Shown piece after piece: positions 25,895 through 37,500 of a DNA stretch of 64,000 bases. The notes beneath the pieces are model-generated. The model worked only from the letters and a program-made list of their open reading frames with translations. It had not been told where the DNA came from and did no database searches. The translations under genes and the position numbers were made by a program. The DNA lies in contig OX597823.1 in assembly GCA_951406725.2 (NCBI GenBank), positions 104,718,001 to 104,782,000 on the forward strand, given 5' to 3'. The DNA comes from Octopus vulgaris (lineage: Eukaryota). Each line of letters begins with the position of its first letter. Position 1 is the stretch's first letter.

Positions 25895-25951
25895 CTCTAT
25901 ATTGAATCAATTTCGGGATTAATCCTACGGATTTTTCCCTCTTCAGTAGAA
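25895..25951 (-). ncRNA. Type I hammerhead ribozyme with canonical core
   Basis: UUCUA-CUGAAGA-GGGA(aaaauccguaggauuaa)UCCC-GAAA-UUG-auu-CAA-U-A-UAGAG; predicted AUA cleavage after position 25900. Confidence 0.82.
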
Positions 25952-26873
25952 AATACGATAAGAAATAAATAAAATACTTACAAGCACCCATGGAGAAAAA
26001 GCATAAGTACATTAGTACCGCAGTTATATCTAAATGTAAAATCCTTTAGCAAGCCTCAGCACATGTGTGACTGGTCACAGACCACAACTATTTAGCGGTT
26101 ACCAGTCCCGAAGTGTGCTGAGGCTTGCTAAAGCATTTTGTGAGGTACTCATTGACCCAATTTGCTGACTTTTCTGATGGCATGCAGGTGTCGATGAATG
26201 GTTGAATGACCAAATCCAAGCTTCTCTGCTAGTTCATCAATAATATGATGGGATTTTGTTCCACCAGGGTTTACTGAACATCCTGGTCAAGCTCTATAGA
26301 TCTTTCAGGAAGAAGCTTGTCTTCTAAGCTGTAGTTTCTGGCTAGGAATTTCTGGAAGCACCATTGACACTGGCTTACGCTTATAACTCATTAGTTCAAC
26401 ATTCCGTAAATATGACGAATATGCTCTTTGGTCATTTCCATTATAGCTTTGAAAAAATAACTGTTAAAATCGAACTGCACTCTTCAAAACTTGCACTAAG
26501 AATAAGGACAAGTTAAAATTTCTACCTGCTTTTATAGCAAGTTGATGCAGGTAGTTTACTCTGTCCCTTTCGGACTTTTACTTCATGCAATTGAAAAACC
26601 CACATTATTTATGGGATGACCCAATATATATATATATATATCATCATCGTTTAACGTCCGCTTTCCGCGCTAGCACGGGTTGGACGGTTTGACCGGGTCT
26701 GGGAAGCCAGGGGCCGCTCCAGGCTCCAGTCTGAATCTGGCAGAGTTTCTACGGCTGGATGCCCTTCCTAACGCCAACCACTCCGTGAGTGGATTGGGTG
26801 CTTTTTACGTGCCACCTGCACAGGGGCCGGAGGGTCCGGCATCGTCACGATCGGATTCGAGCATTTTAACGTG

Positions 26874-29800
26874 TCAGCGGCACGGGGGCAACGAGGTCCG
26901 GGGTACTTTGGGGATCGGGGTATTTTGGGGATCCAGGGTACTTTGGGGATCCGGGGTACTTTGGGGATCCGGGGTACTTAGAATGGGTAGGGGGGTACTT
27001 AGAATGGGTAGGGGGGTACTTAGAATGGGTAGGGGGTATGTGGAATTGCTGCAGAAAGCAGCCCGGGTCTTTGTAGTCACAGCATATCTCCAGAGATCTC
27101 GGTCCTTCGCCATTGCCTCAGTGAGGCCCAATGCTCTGAGGTCATGCTTGACCACCTCATCCCATGTCTTCCTGGGTCTACCTCTCCCCCTGATACCTTC
27201 AACTGTTTGGGAGTGGCACTTCTTCACACATCTCTCTTCATCCATCCGCAGCACATGACCATACCATCGCAAGCGTCGCTCTTGCACACCACATCTGATG
27301 CTTCTTATATCCAGCATTTCTCTCAGGATACTTACACTCTGTTTTGCGTGCACACTGACACTACACATCCAGCGGATCATGCTAGCTTCATTTCTTTCAA
27401 GTCTACGCATGTCTTCTGCAGTCACAGCCCATGTTTCATTACCGTGAAGCATGGCAGTTCGCACACATGCATCATATAATCTACCTTTTGCTCTGAGGGA
27501 GAGGCCTTTTGTTGCCAGTAGGGGTAGGAGCTTTCTGAACTTTGCCCAGGCTATTCGTATTCTAGTGGTGATACTCTCTGTGCATCCACCTCCGCTACTA
27601 ACTTGGTCTCCCAGGTAGCGGAAACTATCAACTACTTCTAGTTTCTCTCCCTGGAGTGTGATGGAATCTGTTTTCTGAGTGTCTGTTGTGTCTATTGTCC
27701 CTGTGCATCTGCCGCACATGTAAGCTATCTTATCTGTTAATTTCCCTTTAATGTTGCTGCACCTCTTATGTGTCCATAACTTACATTGGGTGCATCTTAT
27801 GGAGTTTCTACCTGTACCTTTCCTACAGGTTGAGCAGGGCCACCTACCCGAGGGGATGTGTGTTGAGTACCTCTTGCTGCTTACTAATACTTTGGTCTTT
27901 GCTACATTTATTCTAAGGCCCTTTGATTCCAACCCTTGCTTCCATACCCGAAATTTCTCTTCTAGTTCCGGTAGTGATTCTGCTATGAGAGCTAGGTCAT
28001 CGGCATAGAGGAGCTCCCAGGGGCATCCCATTTTGAATTCCTCTGTTATTGCTTGAAGGACTATGATGAACAAAAGGGGACTGAGGGCTGAGCCCTGGTG
28101 CACACCTACTTCTACTCGGAATTCTTCACTATATTCGTTGCCAATCCTAACCTTGCTAACAGCCTCTCTGTATAGAGCCTGTACAGCCCTTATTAGCCAT
28201 TCTTCAATCTCCAGTTTCCGCATCGACCACCAGATAAGGGAACGGGGAACCCTGTCAAAGGCTTTCTCCAAGTCTACAAAAGCTATGTAGAGGGGTTTAT
28301 CTTTAGCTAGGTACTTCTCCTGCAGTTGTCGGACCAGGAATATAGCATCAGTGGTGCTTCTACCTGGTACAAAACCGAACTGCATTTCATCTAAACAAAT
28401 TCTCTCCCTAATGAGATTGGTTATGACCTTCTCTGAGACCTTCATCACCTGGTCCAACAGTTTGATACCTCTGTAGTTATTTCTATCTAGAGCATCACCC
28501 TTACCCTTGTAGCAGTTGACTATGGTACTGCTGCACCAGTCATTGGGTATGGCTCCATTGTGAACTACCTGGTTTACAATGCGGGTGACTATGGCATGGC
28601 CCACATAGCCAGCTGTTTTAAGCATCTCAGCAGTGATTCCTGATAGGCCAGGGGCTTTGCCTGGTTTCATATCCTTAATTGCCTTATCTACAAGGGAGCT
28701 GTCTATTCGGGTAGCTGGTCCCTCTACTGGGTCAACATTTGGCAGGCTCTCCTCCTCCCATTCATTCTCCTCATTTAGCAGTCTTTCATAATGGCTTCTC
28801 CAAGCCTCTTTCTTTTCACTAGTAGTAAAAGCAAGTGCCCCATCATCCATGCGGACACATTTCTCTCCTATAACATCGCTATTTTCTCTGACACACTGTC
28901 TGGCAATCCGAAATACTTCAGCTCTTTGATCCTCGCGACGCTGGACATTGGCAAACTTCTTCTTTTCTGCTACATCTTTGGCAATGTATACCTGCCGCCC
29001 AGCCTCCCTTTTGGCTATCTGGTACAGTTCCCTGCTGCCCCCATCCTTCCAGGCTTTCCAGGCCCGTCTCTTTTCACAGATGGCTTTATCTACTGCACTA
29101 TTCCACCACCACGTAATTCTAGGTCTGGAAGGGACTTTGCACCATCCACAAACTTGGTCTGTGGCACTCAACAAGCTGTCCCGTAGGAATTCCCAGCTAC
29201 CTTCTATGTCTGACGTCTGAAGCTCCTCTTCCCTCTCATCAAATTTCTTGATGAGTATGTCCCTAAATTTCTGACCATGCGAAGGGTTCTTTAGCCTCCA
29301 AATCCTTCTTTTCTGGATTGGTTTGTTTCTTGGAGTCCTTCTGGCCTCAAGCTTAAAGTCACTGATGATTAGTCTATGCTGAGGGATACATTCTTCACCC
29401 GGGAGGGTCTTTGTATTCAAGAGCAACCCTGCATCCCGTTGTCTGGTGAGGATGAAGTCTATTTGGCTAGCGGAGTCTCCTGACTGATAAGTTATAAGGT
29501 GGCAGACTGGCTTCTTGAAGTTAGTGTTGCAGATTGAAAGGTTACATGCATCACAGAATTCCAGTAGTCTAGTTCCCTCATCATTTCTGGTGCCAATACC
29601 ATATCCACCATGTACCCCAGTGAAGATACCCGATTCCCGCCCAACATGCCCGTTAAAATCTCCACCTACAAAGATGAGGTCCTTGTTACTAGTCTTTGAA
29701 GTAGCCTGCAGAAGGGTATCATAAAAGTTGTCCTTCTGATCATTTGGTAGTCCCGCTTGTGGGGCATAGGCTGAGATAATCATAGCTGTGCCACTCTGTA

Positions 29801-30200
29801 GGACCAACCTGAGCTTAAGCACTCTATCACAAACCCTGACAACCTCTATGACCTTATCCACCCATTCCTCCGCAAGGAGAATGCCTACACCCCCTACACC
29901 TTCCGCGTTACCTTGCCAGTAGAGTTTGTATCTAAGTGCCTTGCCCGTGAGGACCCTAGCCGAAGCATCTCTCCATCTTACCTCTTGTATGCAGCATACA
30001 TCAACCTGTCTTCTCTCTAGCATCTCTACAATCTCACTAGACTTGCCTGTCAATGTACCAACATTGATAGTGCCAACTCTGAAAACTGGGAAGGAGATGT
30101 GGGGGACAGGGGGGATTCGGCGCCTGAGAAGAGGAGGGTTGTAGTGGTGGTGATAGTTTTCGTGGTATTTTTCTTTTGATCTCTCTTCCAACCTGACCAC
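26874..30200 (-). CDS. RTE LINE polyprotein: APE endonuclease + reverse transcriptase + PHD finger (1108 aa, non-AUG start)
   Basis: EN motifs GTINVGTL, IQEVRW, SAYAPQ, GDFNGH, QIDFIL; RT motifs QFGF, FVDLEKAFD, GVHQGSALSPLLF, YADD; C4-H-C3 CSTC..CTQC..HKRC..CGRC; C-terminal RRLRWYGHVLRM..RGRGRPRKTW. Confidence 0.95.
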   Translation of the reverse strand: MVRLEERSKEKYHENYHHHYNPPLLRRRIPPVPHISFPVFRVGTINVGTLTGKSSEIVEMLERRQVDVCCIQEVRWRDASARVLTGKALRYKLYWQGNAEGVGGVGILLAEEWVDKVIEVVRVCDRVLKLRLVLQSGTAMIISAYAPQAGLPNDQKDNFYDTLLQATSKTSNKDLIFVGGDFNGHVGRESGIFTGVHGGYGIGTRNDEGTRLLEFCDACNLSICNTNFKKPVCHLITYQSGDSASQIDFILTRQRDAGLLLNTKTLPGEECIPQHRLIISDFKLEARRTPRNKPIQKRRIWRLKNPSHGQKFRDILIKKFDEREEELQTSDIEGSWEFLRDSLLSATDQVCGWCKVPSRPRITWWWNSAVDKAICEKRRAWKAWKDGGSRELYQIAKREAGRQVYIAKDVAEKKKFANVQRREDQRAEVFRIARQCVRENSDVIGEKCVRMDDGALAFTTSEKKEAWRSHYERLLNEENEWEEESLPNVDPVEGPATRIDSSLVDKAIKDMKPGKAPGLSGITAEMLKTAGYVGHAIVTRIVNQVVHNGAIPNDWCSSTIVNCYKGKGDALDRNNYRGIKLLDQVMKVSEKVITNLIRERICLDEMQFGFVPGRSTTDAIFLVRQLQEKYLAKDKPLYIAFVDLEKAFDRVPRSLIWWSMRKLEIEEWLIRAVQALYREAVSKVRIGNEYSEEFRVEVGVHQGSALSPLLFIIVLQAITEEFKMGCPWELLYADDLALIAESLPELEEKFRVWKQGLESKGLRINVAKTKVLVSSKRYSTHIPSGRWPCSTCRKGTGRNSIRCTQCKLWTHKRCSNIKGKLTDKIAYMCGRCTGTIDTTDTQKTDSITLQGEKLEVVDSFRYLGDQVSSGGGCTESITTRIRIAWAKFRKLLPLLATKGLSLRAKGRLYDACVRTAMLHGNETWAVTAEDMRRLERNEASMIRWMCSVSVHAKQSVSILREMLDIRSIRCGVQERRLRWYGHVLRMDEERCVKKCHSQTVEGIRGRGRPRKTWDEVVKHDLRALGLTEAMAKDRDLWRYAVTTKTRAAFCSNSTYPLPILSTPLPILSTPLPILSTPDPQSTPDPQSTLDPQNTPIPKVPRTSLPPCR
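26899..27040. repeat. In-frame 18-bp (x~4) and 21-bp (x3) tandem repeats at the LINE ORF end
   Basis: ggggtactttggggatcc and ggggtacttagaatgggtagg units; encode PQSTPD and PILSTPL repeats. Confidence 0.9.
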
Positions 30201-30427
30201 GCCGTGGGCAGGAGCTGGTGTTAGCAGTGGACATTTGTTATCGTCACTGAGTAACGTAATTAGGTAGAGGAAAGAAATACAGATATTCTAGAGTTGAGTT
30301 GGGGAGGGGGGGTCCAGTTGAGGCGGGTAATATAGGGGAGCAACCAGTGGGGAAGGTTGGGGTAAGGAGGAACGATGGCAGGAAGGGTTGGTGTAGGTTC
30401 CTAAGAAATAAAAACGTAGGATATTAC

Positions 30428-30980
30428 GAGGCGGGAGGGTACTAAAGGGGATGGTCGGATTGACGAGGCGGGAGGGTACTAAAAGGGGATGGTCGGATTG
30501 AGGCAGTGTCAGGAGGAAGCGTAAGATCGGTGGGCAGTTGATGAGCTATGGCGCTAGCAGCTTGTCTTAAGCATATGAGGAGAAGGGTACTAAAAGGGGA
30601 TGGTCGGATTGACGAGGCGGGAGGGTACTAAAAGGGGATGGTCGGATTGAGGCAGTGTCAGGAGGAAGCGTAAGATCGGTGGGCAGTTGATGAGCTATGG
30701 CGCTAGCAGCTTGTCTTAAGCATATGAGGAGAAGTGGTAGTGGGGGGAGGAGGAGGGAGTAGGGCGTACCCAGTGTAGATGAGTAAGGCGTATCCGGTGT
30801 AGATGGAGAGAACGGGGTATACTGGTATTGGTGGTGGGGGGGGTGAGAACAGTGTTCAACGGTATTGGTGGTGGGGGTGAGAACAGTGTTCAACGGTATT
30901 GGTGGTGGGGGTGAGAACAGTGTTCAACGGTATTGGTGGTGGGGGTGAGAACAGTGTTCAACGGTATTGGTGGTGGGGGT
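30428..30980. repeat. Nested tandem repeats in the LINE 5' UTR: ~149-bp duplication with internal subrepeats, then a 34-bp unit x~4
   Basis: aggcagtgtcagg at 30501 and 30650; ggtattggtggtgggggtgagaacagtgttcaac repeated across 30823-30980. Confidence 0.9.
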
Positions 30981-30994
30981 GGGGGGGCGGGCGC

Positions 30995-31800
30995 ACCGTC
31001 AATGGCTGAAAGATGGGAAAAAGATGGGATTACGGCTTGAGGCAGCCTACGGTTAAATATTGTAGAGAGAGAGATAGGAAGATAAATCAAGTTATGGCGA
31101 AGGCTTGAAAGTAGCCTAAAAAAGGTTAAATTTTCGTAACAGTGTATGAATAAACGTAGTAACAACGAATAAAAAAAATATAGTAAGATAAATTTTTAAG
31201 AACTTGCTGCGGTCATCGAGCGGGAGTTGAAATTGAAGAAGAAAGTAAGTTGAACTGGGAATTTAAATTGCAGAATCGTAATAGTAATAGTAATGGCGGT
31301 TTTCAAGTTTTAGCATATGAAGAAGAAGAGGAGGAAAAAGAAGACCGTCAATGGCTGAAAGATGGGAAAAAGATGGGATTACGGCTTGAGGCAGCCTACG
31401 GTTAAATATTGTAGAGAGAGAGATAGGAAGATAAATCAAGTTATGGCGAAGGCTTGAAAGTAGCCTAAAAAAGGTTAAATTTTCGTAACAGTGTATGAAT
31501 AAACGTAGTAACAACGAATAAAAAAAAATATAGTAAGATAAATTTTTAAGAACTTGCTGCGGTCATCGAGCGGGAGTTGAAATTGAAGAAGAAAGTAAGT
31601 TGAACTGGGAATTTAAATTGCAGAATCGTAATAGTAATAGTAATGGCGGTTTTCAAGTTTTAGCATATGAAGAAGAAGAGGAGGAAAAAGAAGACCGTCA
31701 ATGGCTGAAAGATGGGAAAAAGATGGGATTACGGCTTGAGGCAGCCTACGGTTAAATATTGTAGAGAGAGAGATAGGAAGATAAATCAAGTTATGGCGAA
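30995..31800 (-). repeat. ~350-bp near-identical tandem monomers (2.3 copies) at the LINE 5' end
   Basis: accgtcaatggctgaaag at 30995, 31344, 31694. Confidence 0.92.
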
Positions 31801-32445
31801 TATAAAATTAAATAAGGGTAGAAATTGATATTAATCAATTAAAACCAGTGGCCTTGCATATTTTTTTTTTAAATCCGAAGATTAAAATTTTTTTACATAC
31901 AAAATTTAGAGGACTGACCACTAAATTTTGTATATAAACCGAATGCTTTTATTTCATATTTTGTATGTATATACAGATATTTAATGCTTTGCATGGTACT
32001 GTAGTACAATTGTGGTCCTTAGTTTTGCTACTATATTGCTAATAATGGGTTCTATATATTGATTTACTAGTATTAGTGTTATTAATAATAAGAATAATGA
32101 TATTGGTAGCATTAGTGGTAATGATAATGGTAATGATGTTAACATTAATGACATTTTGTAAATTAATATGAATTAATATAATGTACTCTTGACTCTGTAT
32201 ATCTGCATTTGGGTATTAATATGTGTATGTTTTCTACATTGTAATATCACAATATTAAGTTGAAAAACTGTAACATTGAATATGGAACATATGTATGTTT
32301 ATTGATTTATATTATTTATATTATTATGTATATGTATATGTATAAGAGTATGAGTATATGCACTCATATGTATATGTATATGATTTATTATGGGTATGTA
32401 CCCACACTTATATAAGTGTATATGTAATTTGGTTTGTATTTCATA

Positions 32446-32572
32446 ATCTCCGAAGAGGCCCAAGGATATTTTTGTAAATGTCTCATTTATAACTACATAT
32501 TGACCTACCACAAATGGCTAATATAAGTAAAATGAGACATACTTATCTGCATGGCCGAAACAGCTGTAAGAT
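32446..32572 (+). ncRNA. Hammerhead ribozyme fold with ~90-nt extended stem II, in an AT-rich probable PLE pLTR (~31850-32980)
   Basis: AUCU-CCGAAGA-GGCC..(augucucauuu/aaaugagacau hairpin)..GGCC-GAAA-CAGCUG-U-A-AGAU; palindromic stem III; U4C core variant. Confidence 0.72.
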
Positions 32573-32980
32573 GTAGTTTATATTTATATTTATATTTATT
32601 TATATTTATATTCTCTTATACATATTGTACTTATTGGATCATATTACTCCTTTATGTACACTCCTTTATGTACACTGTTTTGTTCTATATTATTATGTTT
32701 GACCTTAAAGTTTCTTATGTGGTGATTTAATAAAGTATGTGATTGGGTATTATCTGGTAGTTGATATTTGATTTGGATGTATTTCTCCATTTTCTTATTT
32801 TGTATTATGAATTTGTGGTAAAACACTTTACCTTTGCCCATATAATACAGTAAATGAATTAATTGCATCGCAATTCTTAACATTTATGTATTAACTTTGT
32901 TGGGTACTTCACTAGCAGTATATTGGATATATGTTATCCCATGGAGGGTTGCATTTACAACCCCTATTTCAATTTGTATG

Positions 32981-33070
<90 letters not shown>

Positions 33071-33109
33071 TATATACACACACATGCACACACACACACA
33101 CATACACAT

Positions 33110-33148
<39 letters not shown>

Positions 33149-33799
33149 TATATACACAATGGGCTTCTTTCAATTTCCAGTTATGAAATCCACTTACAAG
33201 GCTTTGGTTGGCTTTGGGGCTATAGTGGAAGACACCTGATATTGCACAAGAGGACTGAACCTAAGACCACATGATTGGGAAGCAAGCTTCTTGACCACAC
33301 CACCATCAGAGTAACAATTAGTCTGAATAACAATTTCCAACAGCTAGAGGAAAATGAGATGTGTAGAAGGCATGGATTAGATTTGAACACAAAATGTATG
33401 TGAGTTGATACTCAATATTTGCTGCTCGAAGTTTTGGGTGGTAGACTTGAGCTGTTACCTGGTCTAACACTGCTACTTGATCCTTGGTGTTTCTAACAGA
33501 GTCAACTCTGTTAAAAGCATTCAGACTTGGTGGCCTATTTGAAGGCAGCCTACGAGTTAAGTGTTTCTTCCTCGTTTATCCCCATTAATATTGGAATCAA
33601 AGGATCACTGGTACTTTCTTACCTCTTCTGTCAAAACCATAAAGGTAAAAAAAAAGAAGAATTCTATTATTCTTTTACTAGTTTGGTAGAGAGAGATCGA
33701 TATGACAAAAATTGGACAGCTCCAGTCTGGTACTTGTGTTATTGATTTCCATTTGTCAAACAGAGAAGTAACGAGACCTAAAGGAACAGAACTTAAGCA

Positions 33800-33893
<94 letters not shown>

Positions 33894-33903
33894 CTCACAC
33901 ACA

Positions 33904-33939
<36 letters not shown>

Positions 33940-34046
33940 TTTATACATACATGTATATGTATATGTTTATATAAAATCATGCACATGTATATACATGCAC
34001 ACACACAAATGTGTGTGTGTAATATATATGTACATACATACATACA

Positions 34047-34077
<31 letters not shown>

Positions 34078-34085
34078 GTACGTAC

Positions 34086-34117
<32 letters not shown>

Positions 34118-34128
34118 CTATCTATATA

Positions 34129-34195
<67 letters not shown>

Positions 34196-34465
34196 TCATC
34201 ATTGTTTAACGTCCGTTTTCCATGCTAGCATGGGTCGGATGGTTCGACTGGGGTCTGGGAAGCCAGAAGGCTGTACCAGGCTCCAGTCTGATCTGGCAGT
34301 GTTTCTACAGCTGGATGCCCTTCCTAACGTCAACCACTCCATGAGTGTAGCGGGTGCTTTTTATGTGCCACCAGCACAGGTATCACAACTACAATTTCCA
34401 TTTTATTTTTATTTTGATGTTGATGTACTTAACTCAATAGGTCTCCTCAAGCACAGCAGGTCACC

Positions 34466-34540
<75 letters not shown>

Positions 34541-37500
34541 TCACATATATATATATATATATATATATATACTCACATATATATATGATCAAACAGACTC
34601 CAAAGATCCTGGTGTTGGTCTGCATTGGCAAGACCTATAATATGTAGTAAAATTGATAAAAAGACTACAGTTAACTTGTGATAAGGAGTGGAAAACCCAA
34701 TGTTTCAGACAGTGTCCTTCTTCATCAAAAATTAGTAAAGGAGAGAAATAAATGAATGACAGCCGAGTTTTACATCCTCCTCCTCATCCCCAGTTAACAT
34801 CCATGTTTCATGCTGGCATGGGTTGAATAATTTGACAGGATTCATGTAGCCTGAGAGCTGCATTGGTCTCCAATGTCTGCTTTCATAAAGTCTCAATGGC
34901 TGGTTGTCCATCCTAACATGAACCAATTTACAGAGTTTTCTGGGTGACTTTTGTGGCACCAGCACTACTGAGGTCACCTAGTAATTCAGAAGATCATATT
35001 GGTATGGTCACGTGATACATATGCATAATAACAGCTCGTAAAAAAAGTACCAATTGTTAAATATAGATAGAACTCCTGGAAGGAGACCCAGGAAGATGTG
35101 GGATGAATAAGGAAGTTTTACCTCAGGTAGCCTCACAGAAAAGATCACAAATGATTGAGATTTGTTGTGCCCCAGAAGACTCATCCATCTCAGAAGGTCC
35201 TAAAAGTACATTGTTAATGTCTATTCCTCCACATTCAATCTGTACCTGTTAAACCTTCCCAGCAACTCATTTTCATGAACTCCCTTCACCTTTCTAACTA
35301 CGTTGCTATTTCCTCAGCTGTTGTAATTTCATGAGAGCAAAACAGCACATCTTCTTTTCTCCTTTTGTGCTACAAGTAATCCCTCTTCTTAGAACCACTT
35401 CTTTTACCACCCATCCTGCACTCTCAATATCATCCCTTATCACTTTATTCCCACTGAATGCCCCTTTCTTCTGAACAACCTCTCATATCTGTCATCAAGG
35501 CCCGTTTTTGTAAGCTATGACAGCAACTGTTATGTACCTCCTTTAATCTCTGCCTCTGTCACTGTGCATCTGCTCTCTCCTCTACATTTCACTACATCTC
35601 CCTATTTCTCATTTTTTTGTTATATATGTATTACCATCAGTCACTTCCTCCTCCATGATCCACTCCTTGTTGCCTTACATGCCCTCAAATCACCATTGCC
35701 CATGCTTTCAACAATGTTCACAATTCATTGCTTTTACACTCTTGCAATCCTGCCTACATCTAGTCCTCTTTGATTCTCTGCACCTATTCTGTCTCAGCCC
35801 ACCTTCTTGTACCTTGGAAGTACACTCTGATACTTCATTTCCTCCATCTGTTCTCCCTTTCCAGCTGGGTTAGCCATGTATATCTACTACTCTAACACAC
35901 CTGTCCCCATCTCACTTTCATAATTTATCCTCTGAATACCGGGCACAAAGCTGCCTCACTCAATACTGCAACCCTATTCTGTCAAGAGTTCTTACACACA
36001 ATGGGATTCCTCACAGTTTCCATCAAACAAATTCTACATTGATCAATCCATGGATACTGTAGAAGATATTGTCTTTAAAAATAGCCTATAAGACTGAACT
36101 TGGAACCACATGGCTGCGAAGTAAACGATTTCAACCAAATACTCATGCCTGCACATGGAAAATATATTACACAATCCCAGAATCTGCTTCCAATTCAATG
36201 TCTCTTAGTAAACTATATTAATTCTTCAAATACTTTGCTTGCAATAATTGAGAGTAAAGTACTTAAATGTGCTTTCCAATATGGTAAACTGGTTATGTAA
36301 TATTGATCTGTCGAAACATTAAAGCTGTTTAGTGTTTATAAGATAACTTGAGACTCACTTGATTTCCTTTGAGAAATGTAGAAACACTCCTCCTCCTCCT
36401 CCTCCACCACCACCACCACCACCTCCTCCTCCTCCTCCTCCTCCTCAAACCCCTCGGCCTCCACCTCCTCAACCTCCACCTCCTCAACCTCCACCCCCTC
36501 CTCCCATCTTCCCCCCTCCTCCTCTTCTCACCACCATTGAAATTGCTGGCCTTGTGCTAAAATTCGAAACCATTATTATGGAGTTGAGCAAGAAGAAACT
36601 GTTTGGATTAAAATTAACCTATAGTAGTGAGCATTAGGACAAAATTAGCCTATGGGTGGCCCAGCTTTGCACATAGGACCCAGGGTGATTTACTGAAACA
36701 ATTTTTTGGGGAAAAAGTGCATTTTATGTGCCATCAAAAATGGTCTATGAAGTATAAAAACATGCTTAGGTAGTGTTGAGACTAGTTGTGTAAGAACTAT
36801 AACTGATGCGGCTAATGGATATTTTGTCATATAAGTGAAAAAGGTTTAAGAAACATTCTTTCTATATGAAGATAAGTAATATAGTGATAAACATTTCATA
36901 TAAAGCATTTATGATAAGAAGTAAAATAATTATTTAATATTTCATCTTTCATAATCATATTATGCATATCTGAATATGTTATATGTGACACAGACTCCAT
37001 CTAGTCTTCTGCAACAATATAATATTCTTCTGATATTTTCTTTTTGATGTATGCTTCTTTTGCACTGAAGAGAATGGTAATATGTAATTAATTTAATCAT
37101 AGTTGTAATTAAATCAATTTTTAATTTTTCCATGTTTCTTACATGTTGGTGTTACCATTCAAAAAGGTCGTATGCATGGATTAAAATTTTATAAAACTTT
37201 TAACACCTTCTCTTCTCCATCTTTAATTGTTTGTTGAGTTTATGCAGGATATGTGTTCTATAAATACTCATAACACACCTTATACTTATATATAAATATA
37301 CTGAGAAGACCTACTGAGTCAAGTACGTCAACATCAAAATAAAAATCAAATGGAAATTGTAGTTAAGACAACCGTGCCGGTGACACGTAAAAAGCACCAT
37401 CCGAACGTGGCAGATGCCAGCGCCACCTGACTGGCATCCATGTTGGTGACACGTAAAATGCACCCACCGATCATGGCCGTTTGCCAGCCTCCTCAGGCAC

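Larger units (their letters stand above)
26641..31800 (-). mobile_element. Apparently full-length RTE-clade LINE (~5.2 kb): tandem-repeat 5' region, single long ORF, 3' UTR with short (GAT)n tail
   Basis: Uninterrupted ORF; 3' end shared with many copies in the window; abuts a (TA)n tract; 5' boundary inferred from the end of the monomer array; no clear TSD. Confidence 0.85.

Noticed and set aside
34695-34728. Hammerhead-like AUGAAGAA-GGAC-acu-GUCU-GAAA on minus
   Set aside because: C3 is missing and there is no convincing stem I; at best a dead relic
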